DNA of 64,000 bases, from assembly GCA_003344405.1 (NCBI GenBank), contig NOWV01000013.1:1-64000 (forward strand), read 5' to 3'. Both the position numbers and the translations under genes were made by a program. This stretch comes from Trichoplax sp. H2. Taxonomy: Eukaryota. Shown here one piece after another: positions 25,436-39,083 of the stretch (positions are counted from its first letter, which is position 1; every line of letters starts with the position of its first letter). The notes beneath the pieces are model-generated. The model saw only the letters and a list, made by a program, of their open reading frames with translations, did not search any database and had not been told where the DNA came from.

Positions 25436-27441
25436 ATGTATTCTGTAAAAGCTTGTACATTTTTGCTATTCATCGCGTGTACACTGATGCAAGTATCAGC
25501 CTTAAAAGTAGCATTAATGCCTATGATTGGAAGCAGTCACGTAGGCGTAATGGATATCATTACTCAACATTTTATTAAGAGAGGTCATGAGGTAAGAAAT
25601 GGTTTGCAAAAACCCAACTGAAATAATGTAGCTTTAAAGGTACTGGATATTACAAAATTAATCGAGTTATTGTTTTTCATGTCGTAGATTTTGTATATCT
25701 CATCATTTATTTCTAGATTGCTAACTATTCCTAGTTAATTTAGCATACAGCATTGAGTTGACGAGAAATTTTTAACCTTTTTTATGAATGTTTCTTTCCT
25801 AAAAGTTATTGCAGCTTAGCTCAATTCGTTATCATGGCAGTACAGCAGTTTACTCAATATTGCAATCTAAAGCAGTACAAAATTATATATTTTCTATTTT
25901 CCATGTCGTTTTGATAGGATCCGGTTCAATGTTAATTTTTGTTCATTTCTAATAGACAGTGACCATATTTCCTAATGATCCTGATCGAATAAAGTCGATA
26001 AAGCCATCACCGTTGGCATTGTATGAAGTTAGTAATCCAGTAACGCGAGAAGATACGCAAAGAATGTATACAGCTAAACAGCCTTTTCGAATTTTTCAAG
26101 ATATTTTCGAAATTCAACGTCGATATTGCGATGCTACGATCTCAAATAAAACTTTGCTCGATTCCCTTCATGATGTCGATGTAGTTATATCCGACAGCTT
26201 GTATGCTTGCAGTGTGATCTTGCCTGAAATGATTAACAAGCCATACATTCTTCTCTCCTTTACCGGCACTATAGTTGGTATTCATACATTTATGGGGGCT
26301 TATGCGCCTACAAGTTATATCCCAAATGTTGCTCTACCAATTAATACAGCAACAATGACATTTTCACAACGTCTCCTAAACGTTATTGCAGGGAATGCCT
26401 ATGCAAATATTGTGCTATTCATGTCTTCGAAAATAATTAATGAATTAAGACAGAAGCATAATGTCAGCAAACATTTGAGCTTGTTTGAACTAAGAAGAAA
26501 ATTTTCATTATTTTTATCGGCAAATGACTATTGCATCGAATATCCTAGACCAGTGCCTCCATATATTAAACTTGTAGGACCAATTAGTGTTAAAGATCCT
26601 GTACCTCTACCACCAAACTTTGAAGAAATCATGCAAAATTCCCCAAATGGTTTGATACTGTTATCGTTTGGCAGTGAACTCCAACTAGATGAGGAAAATT
26701 TACCCGAAATGATACAAGGTTTAGGCCAGTTACCATATAGAGTAATATGGAAAACGCATCAGAGTGTTGGTAATTTACCAGACAACGTTAAAGTGGTTAA
26801 GTGGATGCCCCAGAGCGATATCCTAGGACATAAGAACACGGTTGCACTAATTACTCATTGCGGAGCAAACAGTATGTATGAAGCCGCTTATCATGGAATT
26901 CCGGTCGTAGGAATGCCAGCTATGTTGGAACAGAAAGGAAATGCTGTCAGAATAGCAACAGCAGGCTTTGGATTACGTGTTGATTTCTATTCGTTCAAAG
27001 CTAAAGACATTGTCAATGCTGTTACTGAAGTGACTAAAAATAAAAAGTAATGGCTTAGCCGATATATACGTATTACTATGTTGACTAGCTTTGTAAATTT
27101 AATTTTTCTCTGTGATGAATACTGGTACCGTTTTGATCGACTTCTTTTTTAACAAATATTATTCTGATTGCAGATACAAAGAAGCAGCAATCAAAATTTC
27201 TACGATCCTTAAGAGCAGGCGTCGGCAAGGAAAGGATGCTATTGTCGACTGGACCGAATATGTCAAAGCAACTGATGGTGCTCATCATCTAAAAGTTCAC
27301 GGCGAGACACTGTATTTTTACGAACTTTACAATTTAGACGTTCTCTTGTTTGTTGTTGTTTGTCTCTATGTAAGTTATCGAGTAGTATTAGGCTGTATGG
27401 GCATGTTGTGTGGTTCAACACCTAAACCTAAATCTGATTAG
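25436..27441 (+). CDS. UDP-glycosyltransferase, intact, ~504 aa
   Basis: Exons 25436-25591, 25956-27046 and 27174-27441. Signal peptide, GSSH, WMPQSDILGH...ITHCGANSMYEAAYHGIP...EQ, TM helix, C-terminal KPKSD. Confidence 0.93.
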
Positions 27442-28879
27442 TAAGAACCAACCATGGAATGGAAATCTAATCTTGGATGCATCTGAACGACAATTTTGTC
27501 ACCTGATTATCTTGTATCCTAATTTATCTATTCTATCGACCTTAATCATGATTAAGCTATTGCAACTTATTACCTCAGGAATGTTTCTGCTTATATTTAA
27601 AATAGTCAGAAATTCGATTTGTAGTTCCAATTTGGAAAATACGAATAGTTTGCTAAAGAAAGGTATATGTAGATAGGAATTGCTTTAATATCTTATCAAC
27701 TATGGAATCTATTTCATGAACAATATCAACGAATATTGCTCATAGCTATTTGCTGCTTGTGTGTCGTTCTTATAACTTTTGCTTTATGCAAACGCATGAA
27801 TCTGTGAACGAAGAATGGAAATATAACTCATTAAATAATGATTCCTTTGTTTTTCTACCGAATCTATTGAGGATTTGCTTTGCAATACCAATCGAAAATA
27901 TTGCTGACGTCGTACATACGAGTATGTGGTAAACTATTGCGATAGTGGAACTGATGATAATAATAATGTTATTTAAGTAAGTGTTTTGCGTATTTATATT
28001 ATTGCTGCAAATGTAATGTCAAATAATATTGTATTGTCTTTGGATCATTTTATGTCAGAAACAATTGCATTCATTTTTGAACGGTAAGGAGAATTGCAAA
28101 CGTTCTTGTTGATATCTTGCTATTAACTTTTCGTGTTGTCTACATTACAATGCGTACGTGTACTGTATACTAGTATGTTAGACCTATTATTTATGATAAT
28201 TTTACACGATACATATTTACTCTACCGTTGAACAGGAACTAATTTACAGTTAGTAGCAAGCAAAATAACATTAACATTTATGTGCAGAACCTTTATGCAC
28301 CAATTCCTCCACTTTTGGTCTATACAGTACTGTATTGTTGTAAAGATACTTCTCTTGCAATTATAATTAGCTATACGCATATTCAATAAAGATGAAATGA
28401 GGGAAATTCATTCCAGCCTTTCTGTCATCACCTGTATACTGAATGACATCCATCGATCCCACTCAAGACCAAACTAAGAATATCTTATCCTTTGCCAATA
28501 TTTATTAGCAATGCAATAAAGTTTATCCATTATTATCAATTCCCACTGTTCATACTATACTCGCTCAAGCGGCTCAACGAACAATTAATTATTGCCAATT
28601 GATGAATTAATTAAAGTCGCCGCTAAGATGCTCGTTTATTCCTCCTTTCTTTATTTGCATACTCCTGATCGCATAGTACTGTATAGTTGATCATCTATTG
28701 GAGCAAATAGCAAAATATCGAGATTGTCTTACACCTAGAATTTGCCCTTAGCTCCTGTTAAGCTTCGATATTTTGAATATTAAGCCTCAGTCAGATCTGT
28801 AACGATTTAACCCTTAAATTAAATAAAATCCGAACGATAAACAGAATAGAAATATCCGTCCGTCCGCTGTCCTTTGTTT

Positions 28880-29100
28880 TATTGACTGAATACTGAATAC
28901 TGTACTGACCTGTACAGAATCCTCAGCGTTGTTACGGTCGTACGGACAGCGAACTGCATAGGGTACAAGCTCGTTACGGAGTCCCAGTACGGTACTGGGC
29001 CATATCATTTACTTTCCATCTGGATTTATATCTAAGTTTACTCATAAACATGATAGCGTTACTACAGTACTGTACTACACGGTACCAGGTATCGGATGGA
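28880..29100. promoter_or_regulatory. TACAGTA/TACTGTA-rich, GC-elevated putative promoter of METTL25
   Basis: Clustered actgtact/actacagtactgtac motifs and the palindrome CCCAGTAC-G-GTACTGGG (~28983-28999) lie just upstream of the ATG. Confidence 0.45.
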
Positions 29101-29148
29101 GTTCCAGTAAATGAGTCCATTAATGGCAATTGGTTGGAGTTAAGCAAC

Positions 29149-32100
29149 ATGGACGCAGATTGGGAGTCGTTGCTTTTACAAATCTATAATTTCCTAGACA
29201 ATTTCAGAGACATAGCAAGTTCGCATATGGTCGATTTTTTTACTCATGATCACTGGCAGACTAAATTAGACGATGCAATGGCAAGGCAATTGTTATTACT
29301 CAGTGACGAAGAATTGAGTCAAATGCCTAGTGGGGTTTGGAAGCCAGCTCAGCATGTCTCTAGTCGATTGGATGATGTTGCATATCACGTAGCAAAATTT
29401 TCCTTATTAACAGTAATAAAAGACGATTACTATCATGAGATACAGCAAAAATTAGATTGTAAATTTATTAATCATTGCATGAAACCGAAGAAATGTCACG
29501 AAGTGGAACGCTTATCTTGTGCGATAGCAATGTTGTTGAAGCAACATCATGTTTCCAAGGTCCGTTGTAGTTTATTGGTAATCGCGGCTATTGATACACG
29601 CTAATATATAATTGTTTATTTTCAGCTTTAATCAAGATATGCCTTGATCATGATTAAAACATCGTTATTCTTTATCAGATATCGTTGATGGAAAAATTGT
29701 TAACTGTCAATTAGTAACATATTTGCATTCAAATGCAGTCAGTTCACAAATCTTGCTATCTGTTGTCAAATGAGTGAATGAAGGACCGACCTACTTCTGC
29801 GGTAGTAAATTAAATTATACGCGTATATAATTATAATTACACAACACAACAATTAATGTGTAATAAGAAAATGCTGTAATAATTTTACTTAGCCTCAATT
29901 TACTTATTGTTTAGTATTTCCGGTTCAAAATGTTAATGTGTCCCATGCTTACGACGATTATAGTACTTTCTAACTATAAAATAGTTTGTAGTAATTTAAA
30001 ATTTATTATATCCATGAGTACATGCAATTAAGTTGTACTTATGATAGTCTTACTATAACAGTTGAAGTGACCATAAATGACAAAAGAAACATACAAGTAG
30101 ATAAATCGTGGCTTTCTGCAACATCTGTATGATGAAACTTGTAATTTTCTTGAGCCCTAAGTTATGTATTGCATTTCTGACATCTCTGCTTATTATACTT
30201 ATTAGACAGACGCGGTGTATTAAGGACATTATTATATAACTATCGAATTTTTATCTTATTTCTTTACAGGTATTAGATATTGGCAGTGGAAAAGGTTACC
30301 TTAGTGAATATATGGCTTTAAATTATAACGTGGAAGTATTAGGTATAGATAACTTAGAAGAGCATACTGAGAGCGCTATGAAGAGAAATAAGAAACTATT
30401 AAAATTATGGCCGTCTATATCTCAGGCCAGTAATCCTTTAACGAAATCTTCAAACGGACCCAGCAATCCTGGTGAATAGTAACAGTATTGATTTTGTAAC
30501 AGTGTTGATTGCACACGGTATTTTCGTTGGCCCTTCTACATTGCTATTTTGTTACATTTTACGTACCTTAAATTGCTACTTACCTGTATATTCTATTGTA
30601 GGCTCTCAAAAATAGTGATTTCAACTACAATTTATTGTTATGATTGGCATATAAATTTTTAAGATTTATATAAGAACATTAAATCTGACTGTTTGTTATT
30701 TTTATATTTTCTGATAGGTAGCATGCGATTAAAAAATGAACGAAAATCACTTAATTCCTTTATTCCAATTACTGCAACAGTCGATACAGACTCGTTACAT
30801 ACCAATTGGTTGATTGAGAGCTTAGAAAAACATTCCAATGGAAAATTTAAAGAACAAGATGTTAGCCGTACTATTAGCTACTTGAATAGAAATTTTCTTT
30901 TAATGTATAAATCAGTCATAATAGTAAGCTAAAATGCGATAATCAATCTCTAATAACTTTTGCAGTTTCTTTGTCGTAGCCTACTGAGAACCTATGATGT
31001 AGATAATTTACTACAAATGCGCGTAGCATCTGCCTCAGTAATTTTTGCTTTAATTTAATCGCTAACAACTACAGTATATAAAAATTGATAAAATTTGGCT
31101 ACCTATTCTACAAGTGCCTTGTCCCTATTATGACACTTCCTAAATTGCGATCATTTCTGACATAACAGGAATTTTGTTTGGTTGGTTTACATGCTTGCGG
31201 TGGTCTATCGCCTACACTCTTACGTATGTTTACTGCTATCCCAAATGCTAAAATTGTATGCAGTGTTGGATGTTGTTATCACCATTGCACTGAAGACATA
31301 CCAGATGATGCAGGTTTGTTAAATACTGCGTTTGTTTATTTTCATATTATTTAATAATAGAGACAAACAAAATTTTAATTTTTGTAGGTATCCAAGAGCA
31401 TGAGGTAACTAACTTCCCAATGAGTCAAGTTCTTATTCAAAAGAAGGCTAAACTTGGTAGAAATATGCGCATGGTAGCAAGCCAAGTAAGATTGTCTAAA
31501 CATTCTGAGCTGGATCAAAGTTTTTCATTATTATATAATAATAATACAGATCGACTATTTCGCTAGCCAAAGTAACTTCTTCCTTTTATGGAAAGGATAG
31601 CTACACTTTAGAAGATATAAATTTGAAGAAGTATCTCGTTAATCTGGTTTTTAGTTGTATACACATAATTAACATTGGTTAAAGTTAATATTCAGTAATA
31701 TTTTATCACATTTACTCCCAACTATACAAGGCTACAAGCAGAATGGCAGAGTTAAAAGAGGTAAATTTTAGTATCATACCGAAATTGTTATTTATAAATC
31801 AACCATGATTATCTAAAATTTGCTCATTTTTTTATGCCCCTCTCAATGCAGATTCCGGGTTACTCCTTGTTTTGGAGGGCACTGCTACAAGTAATCAGTG
31901 ATATTTAAATTATCATAAAGTCCCTTGATATATTGTTATCAATGCAGATTTGCTACTTTTATGGTCCTACATGATTTATTGCATTAGTAATTTCTACGTA
32001 TTATCTAGGTTATCTTAAAGGAAAAATATGGCCAAGACCACAGGTAAGCTGCTTTATATTTCTATTTTCTTCTAGTTCATAGCGTTGAGTAAAAATTGAA

Positions 32101-33176
32101 TTTAATATTTTAAAGATCAATAAAATAGTTCATGCTTTGATTTCTTTGCACTCATTCCGACGTGTAAAATGTAGAGACTGTCATGTTGGGAAAATAGCCG
32201 TAAAGTGTAAGTCGTTTACCTCGTACGTCAGACGTGCATTAAAGAAATTTGGTCTAAGTAACGAAGAGGTAATTACACTTACTCTGAATGCTTGGTGAAA
32301 TAATTTAGGTGCAGTGGTTGCAAGTTACTCAATGATTTTATTACTCCATGTAATCTATAGATACTGATTTGATTTAAGTAAAGAAGTATTGCCACAAATA
32401 AGATAAAATAGATTTAGCCGTTGCAAGTCTCAACTCTTTACTTAATCTATTTATTTGATGGATATATTGTATATCGTACCTAACATTTGTTCCAGATATC
32501 AGATGAGGAAATTTTAAGCTATTACAACGCTTATCATTGGCAAGAAAGACATATTGTAGCTTTCAGTGTGGTAATTACTCAATTGTCGAATAATATTAAT
32601 AAACTATTGATGGAAATTAATGCTAAAATTCAATATTGCTGTCCCATTTTAAAATAGCTACGTTTAACCTTTGCTCAATGTATTGAAAGCCTGATACTAA
32701 TCGACCGCCTTCAGTTCTTAATAGATCAGGTAAGAAATTAACTCTCTGATTTTAAGCCTGTTTAAAACAACTAGAAGCGTATCGCTAATTGTTTGGGAAC
32801 TGCTGTATCTATAAAATTTTTACATAATAAGCAATTTCTGAGTTTATTAACATTCTCTGGAAGTGGAATTTACTCATTGAAAATCATCAGTTTTGTAGTC
32901 CTATCATACTATAATAGCATTCTCAATATCAGATGAATATTTTGGAAAATGTTCAACATTATTGCTGCCATAGTTAGTATATTAATCATCGGAATTTGCA
33001 AGTAATATCATGACAACACATATAAGTAAGTGAATCAAATTTGCGAATTTTATGTTTACAAAATATTTCTGTGATTTGGCTACTTTGGTTAGGGTTATGG
33101 TGATAGAGCAAGAATTGTGCGAGTATTCGATCCAGTCATATCTCCTCGCTGTTATGCCATCATGGCTACAAGATGA
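29149..33176 (+). CDS. METTL25: Methyltransferase-like 25 (Methyltransf_32 family), multi-exon with micro-exons
   Basis: Motifs in successive exons: HMVDFFT, MKPKKCHEV, VLDIGSGKGYL (from ~30270), LVGLHACG...SVGCCYHH (~31170-31313), FPMS...LGRNMRMVASQ, LFWRALLQ, FTSYVRRAL, IESLILIDRLQFL, and the terminal RVFDPVISPRCYAIMATR* (33093-33176). The start codon is the likely one, not proven. Confidence 0.85.
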
Positions 33177-33726
33177 TCTACATCTTGGCATTGTATTTTT
33201 GTACATAGTATAACAATGATTACATTTATAGCGTCAATATATACAAAAGATAAACAGTATTTATACGTATATACAAACAATTCCTTACAATAATGACGTT
33301 ATGAATTCATTTTACGATCAGATATACGAGCTGATAGATAGTAGTAAAATAATGTAGTTCTATCTTCAAGGCTATATTGCTAAGAAAAATTCCTATACAA
33401 TACGGTTCATCTATTTTAGCACAGAAGTAATAGAACAGCACTATATTGTAATCCGCGTACTGCAAGCGTAGATGGAACTCATGATGGAAGTAAGGATCAT
33501 GTCTATGTGCATGATGTAACTTGTCCACAAGCTTGTCAATTCATTTTTGTAAAATTATTACTGGACTACAGACTATTACAATACAACAATATGATGTTGA
33601 TTGATTTTGGCACACCTCGATCCATGTTGAAGTCAAGTTACATACTGTCTAATAACATTGTAGGTGTTATTTGACTCATTTCCACATTATACAGTAATAT
33701 TAATGAATAATAAAAGTGTCCAAGGT

Positions 33727-34305
33727 TCAATTGGATGCTTTAATCTTGGTTTGTGAGTCAGCACGTACTGGTGATAATCGAGGACCGTAATAATTCATCT
33801 GATAGAATGAACCATCCGCCGGGCCTACGACTTGTGTTGCTATTAGGATTACATCGAGTAATTGGCCAACCATAAAAAAACCAAAGGTAGACAACTTGAG
33901 TAAGCCCAAAGCTGGGTAACCAAGGTAAAATCGATCGGCACCAAACATACCCAGAAAGACAGATAAAGAAAGGGCAACTTGAAACGAATAGCCATTACTA
34001 TAATGGCAGAATTCTTCTCGAGTAAAAGCGTACGTTAAACCATCGAATACTTTGCCATCACAAACAACACCGGCAATGGGCGAACAGTTGACGGTGACCG
34101 TGTTATTGTGGGTACAATTCGTGACAGTTTGAGTGCTGGTATTGACGGTGGCTTTTTCACATACATATTTGCCAACAGGCAATTGACTACATCTTCCACT
34201 ACCGTAGTCAACAGACGAAGTTGTCGCTGTAACCAGAGTGATTAAAATCAAAAGGCCATAAGTTAAAGCTGCTATCACTACCGTCTGAAATAAAGAGCGC
34301 GTCAT
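33727..34305 (-). CDS. TM2D1: TM2 domain-containing protein 1 (beta-amyloid-binding protein), single coding exon
   Basis: 192-aa ORF with a signal peptide, a Cys-rich ectodomain, and the TM2 domain NGYSFQVALSLSVFLGMFGADRFYLGYPALGLLKLST...DVILIATQVVGPADGS followed by YYGPRL. Confidence 0.9.
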   Translation of the reverse strand: MTRSLFQTVVIAALTYGLLILITLVTATTSSVDYGSGRCSQLPVGKYVCEKATVNTSTQTVTNCTHNNTVTVNCSPIAGVVCDGKVFDGLTYAFTREEFCHYSNGYSFQVALSLSVFLGMFGADRFYLGYPALGLLKLSTFGFFMVGQLLDVILIATQVVGPADGSFYQMNYYGPRLSPVRADSQTKIKASN

Positions 34306-34399
34306 TTTTCGGTTGATATCGGCGATACTATTCTAAGTTCTAGTCGATTGGGTCCATGTATTCTATCAATTGACATTGGCCACCACATTTGATGGCGAG

Positions 34400-35450
34400 G
34401 CGAAGTAAATTTACTCCGACAGGTTCCGTACCAGTGGTGCTAGTACCGACTGCAGTGTTTCTCCTCGTTTCTACAGTACCTGGTGGTAGCTACGGTCTAC
34501 AGTACAGTACAGTACTGTAAGAAGTGATTCCACTTTGAAATACTGTACAGTGTACAATACACTACAGTACAGTACTGTACGTCATCACGACCTGTGATCA
34601 CTACAATATTGTACTGTACAGTATACTGTAAACTGTGGTTCGTATCTCTGTCAGAGATGGAAGAGATACACTGTAGGACGTTAAGCGACAGTACGGTACA
34701 ACTACTAGAGAATCGATTATCTTCTATGGCCTATGATATTGTAGTCCTTACTGTTACTAGTCAATATGGATGTTGGTGCTCCATATTGAAAGTCGGCCAT
34801 CCTTCTCCCTTTTTGGGGACAAAGGCCGCACAGGGAAGTCCAGCAAGTCAAAAAGAAAGAAAGAAAGAGGACAGTACACTGCACTGTGAACGTCCTTTCT
34901 TCCAGTTTGTACTGTAGCCAAGACAGACTTTTCACTGTCACCACGCGCCACGCCCGAGAACCTGCAATGGGTAGTGGTCGCACTGTATTCAACATTTTTC
35001 CACACGACTGACCGTACTGTACCCTACAGTCTCTCCATTGAAAATGCCACCTCCGCGCGGTTTGCACTGTACAGACAATCAACTGTACTGTAGACTACGG
35101 TACTTTGTAGTCATTGTTGGAAAGTACTGTAGGAGCCATAGACAATAGCATTTACACGACGCCACACCGCCATTCTTTTGTCGGATTGGGTCCAATTTTT
35201 TTTTGGCGCTGTCTGTAGACCTGCAGTGGCTCTACTCGTAACACAGTTGATTGCGACCCGACCATACTGTTCAATACAATACTCTGCAAGTTAGGTTGCG
35301 CTCATGCCATGCAAGAAAGCAATCATCCCTTTTCCCATGTCAGCGCATGTTGAGTGGTCGGTTAAAAATAGAAACTTCGTTGGTGAGGCTGCATTGAACG
35401 GTGAAGCGCAAACTGGACGACACTAAAAAAGACTCTACTATAAACAGGTC
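34400..35450. promoter_or_regulatory. Putative divergent promoter region between TM2D1 and MEF2
   Basis: Locally higher GC/CpG and dense (CAGTA)n/TACTGTAC runs at 34470-34630 and 35010-35130. It sits between head-to-head genes, with a possible donor CAG|GTCGGG near 35447. Confidence 0.45.
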
Positions 35451-38400
35451 GGGAGCAAATTCATTACCTTATCTACTTCTAAATATAGATACTACCCCAT
35501 CATCTATATACATAGAGATGATGATATTTATATGCACTTTCATTTTGTAAATGTTTTGAACTTTTTCTACAACATAGCGTTGAAACAATCTCCTTGCCAA
35601 TGAAACATAATGCTCTATTTTTCATCTTATTCTACTGTAGTGGTTTTGTGATTTTCTTGTCAACATGATTGAGATGTTGTTGTCATCACCATGGTCAACT
35701 TTTTTTTTTTTCTACGTTACTTCTCCTGTAGTGACGATCTTTTAAATCATGTTGGAAATTTTTTCTATTTCAATCGTATTGGATATCATCCACGCTTCAA
35801 TTAACTTGAGCAAATGTAGTAAGCGCCATCATCCTGTTTTCAATGGCACGATCTCACCTATTTTGATCAACCATGGATAAAAAAATTAGACTTTTGACTG
35901 ACTTGAACCACATTGCAGTACCCCTCGAACTTAGGTGTATACTGTAGTACAGGCCTAGAGACGCGTCTGTGCGTTCTTATCAACTCATCATCAAACTGTC
36001 GGACGTTGCCGGTCATCTTTGATACTAGTCTATAGTGGACTTCCCAAATCCAACTTACAACTTGGAAAATCATCGGAGAAAAAAAAATCCATTTTGAATT
36101 GGCTTTCTTTTCCTCTAGACATGGTGTGATGGATGTCCTTAGCAGCAGAATTGTGCCATTGTACCTTAATAAGTGTAAACGCAACCAAGTTATCCTGGAG
36201 GTTAGGGCAAATCGGTTGACCTGTACACAGATTACTTCCACACCAAGAAGATCAACCCCAATACTATTGAAACTACTCTTTCCCATAGCTATCCCAAAAG
36301 GAAAAGATTTTTTGCCCTAATGATAAACAGTAGACTCCCTTACACGATAGCAGTCGATACAAAAAAAAAGGACAAGATCAATTCGAAAGTTACGTTACTA
36401 AATCATGTCCAGGACGTCAATTGTAACCCCTAGACGCTGCAACTTTGATCGGATGGTCACTAGGACTATCGGATATACAAATACACTAGATACACGATGG
36501 GAAAGAACGTCGGTGCATCAATCGTGAACTTACAGTCTTGGCCTATCCAGTCGACATTAAGCGATATAGTCATATATATATATATATCAGTCATACTATG
36601 CAAGATATTGTACCCGTTGTTTATTCCAACCATGTTACGTTATTGTAGATCATTGGGTTATGAACACTTTGGCGTACTTTTAAATAGTGAAAAGTTTATA
36701 CATTTTCCAGCCCATATGGTTTTAGACAGATTCCAAGATATTGTTGTCCAAAATGATTCTAAAATACAACCCTTCTTGAATATACCAATGGAAAAACTTT
36801 TCTTACTATTCTCCTGCTTTGAGCAATTGATTTTCATAATTCTATACACAATTTCAAGTTAATAGTGATGATACGTAGGGTAGATTATATATTTTTAATC
36901 TTCCTCGCAAATAATCCTATACTGTACTGTCTTTTATCGTATTGTCGTATCGAACTGTACTACTTTGTATACTCATTGCATGCTCTTGCTACCTGTCGTT
37001 GATTGAAATTGCTGATAGAATAGCAATCTCATTCCTCAGATTTGCTCTGGTCAGGCTTATATTGTAGCTCATACACTATCGCTGTAAACGCAATGAAGAA
37101 AAGCAAAGGAAATATCCATTAGTTTTATATAGTCTTCAAAGACTTGACATAAACACAATAGCCTAACAAAAGTGATTGCTTTCCACTAATCGTCTTCTCA
37201 TGTCCAGCTGCAGTGAACCATTTTGAATCGAATTCATTCATGTAGTCAATGAAGGAAGTAATACAGTATCTATACTGTAGTATTTCGAGTTCTACTATAG
37301 ATAGGAAATTCACACTAAAAACTTGTCTGTATGTATATCCATGGCGTTGCAAGCATATTCTACTTGACTGCTTTATCAACATGGATTCGTAGCGTACATT
37401 CGTTGTCACTACTGTACAACTTCATCGATCCTTATTCTATTTATGCCTTGTAAATTATAATCAGGAAAAAAAATTCAATTTTCCACATAGTAAATGAAAG
37501 CAATCCTTTTTCAACTGAATCACTATGACAGTATTGTATTATCAACATCGCACTGAAGACTATTAGTATCAAAAAGTTTCACACTGAAGTCGTTGTTTTG
37601 AATCGACTGTGGCTTACACTTAGCTGGACATTCGTATGGCGGTATGATAGTTCAACATGAATCTATCCACTAAACTGCCTATAATAGGGATAATGCAGTG
37701 ATGCTGTATACGGCTAGATCGCACAGTCAAGTTTCACTAGGATACAAAAACCGCTAGATTTATAGCTTTTACTACATTAATACTACTTAGAAGTACCTTC
37801 CATAAATCTACCGAAAATAGACAATGATCGTGTCTTGTTTCTGTGAAAACCACAATGAATTTTATTCGTATGACCAACTTGAAAAGGCTACTGTCTGGTA
37901 CTGCAGCAGGCGGGTAGTAGTAATATATCTCCTGCATAAGAAACTCAACTTTTTTGCAATAAACTAGTGTATTTTAATTGTTCGTCTAACATGCAACGAA
38001 TTCATAGAATTATCAGCGACTTTGGGGGAATTATCACTGCATGCCTTTTATTAAGGTTAAGCCCTACACTGACTGTTAACATCATTCACCAAACAACAGC
38101 CATCGAGTAATGCCTTAATTGCTTGCATTAAGAATTTCTCTTTTATATTTCCCTCCTGTCATGTGCACAACAAAATGATTGGCAAAGAAAAAAATAAGTT
38201 ACCAATCGTATTATCGTAAATATTGCAATATTGAAATGTTGGCATGATGCTTTGTAATGGCAGTATCCACTATATGGATCGAGGCACCATATTTGCATCT
38301 ATTTGTACCTTCATAACACAAGTGAATGGAGTAAAATAGTCTACATATGGCATCGTAAAGCAGATTTGCATTCAATAGCCTGCCATCGGACAGTGAATAG

Positions 38401-39083
38401 TTGTAAACTTGTAAACAATGCTTATCCTGCAAGTCAGAGAAATAGAAATGTTGATCATTGCTTATATTGTTATTGTCGTCCATTCAATGGTCACACAGTC
38501 AATTTTCACTTCTATTATCATGTACTTAATCTAGTGAATGCTGCAAAAGATAGAACTGCAAGCCAAAGATCAATATTTGGTTGAGTATTTAGTATTTACT
38601 ACGACGCCTCATAATACGTATATTTATGCTTGAACGATAAAGCTATATAGTGTGGACGACATCCAAATGATCAAGCATTAATGTATTTTACGCTACCAAT
38701 AGACTAGATACTGCAATTCAATGCTTACTTTTGAATCACTACAAACGTTGTGAAATAAATTGGTTGATTAGTACCTGAAAATAACTGGATAAAATCGAAT
38801 ACGATACGCTGTACGCTGGTCGAGATGTATTAACTGTGAATACCATTGTGAATGGATCAGATGTTAATTTGTTCAGTTAGCGTAGAATCAAAAAAGCCGC
38901 TGAGAGACCAATAGATTCTACATCGTATAATTGACTGTAGACAATACTCTCAATGCAAGATCATGCTGAATGAATGTTAACCTTACTATCCAATGGACAA
39001 TAATTTTAATGACCGCCGAATGTTCTGATTATTGATTGATTTTATCTATCATCATAGGAAAACTTGAAGCATTATCCACTAGA

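Noticed and set aside
34594-36862. ORFs of 60-140 aa between TM2D1 and MEF2
   Set aside because: They overlap on both strands, have no recognisable motifs, mostly start at non-ATG codons, and are explained by local composition.
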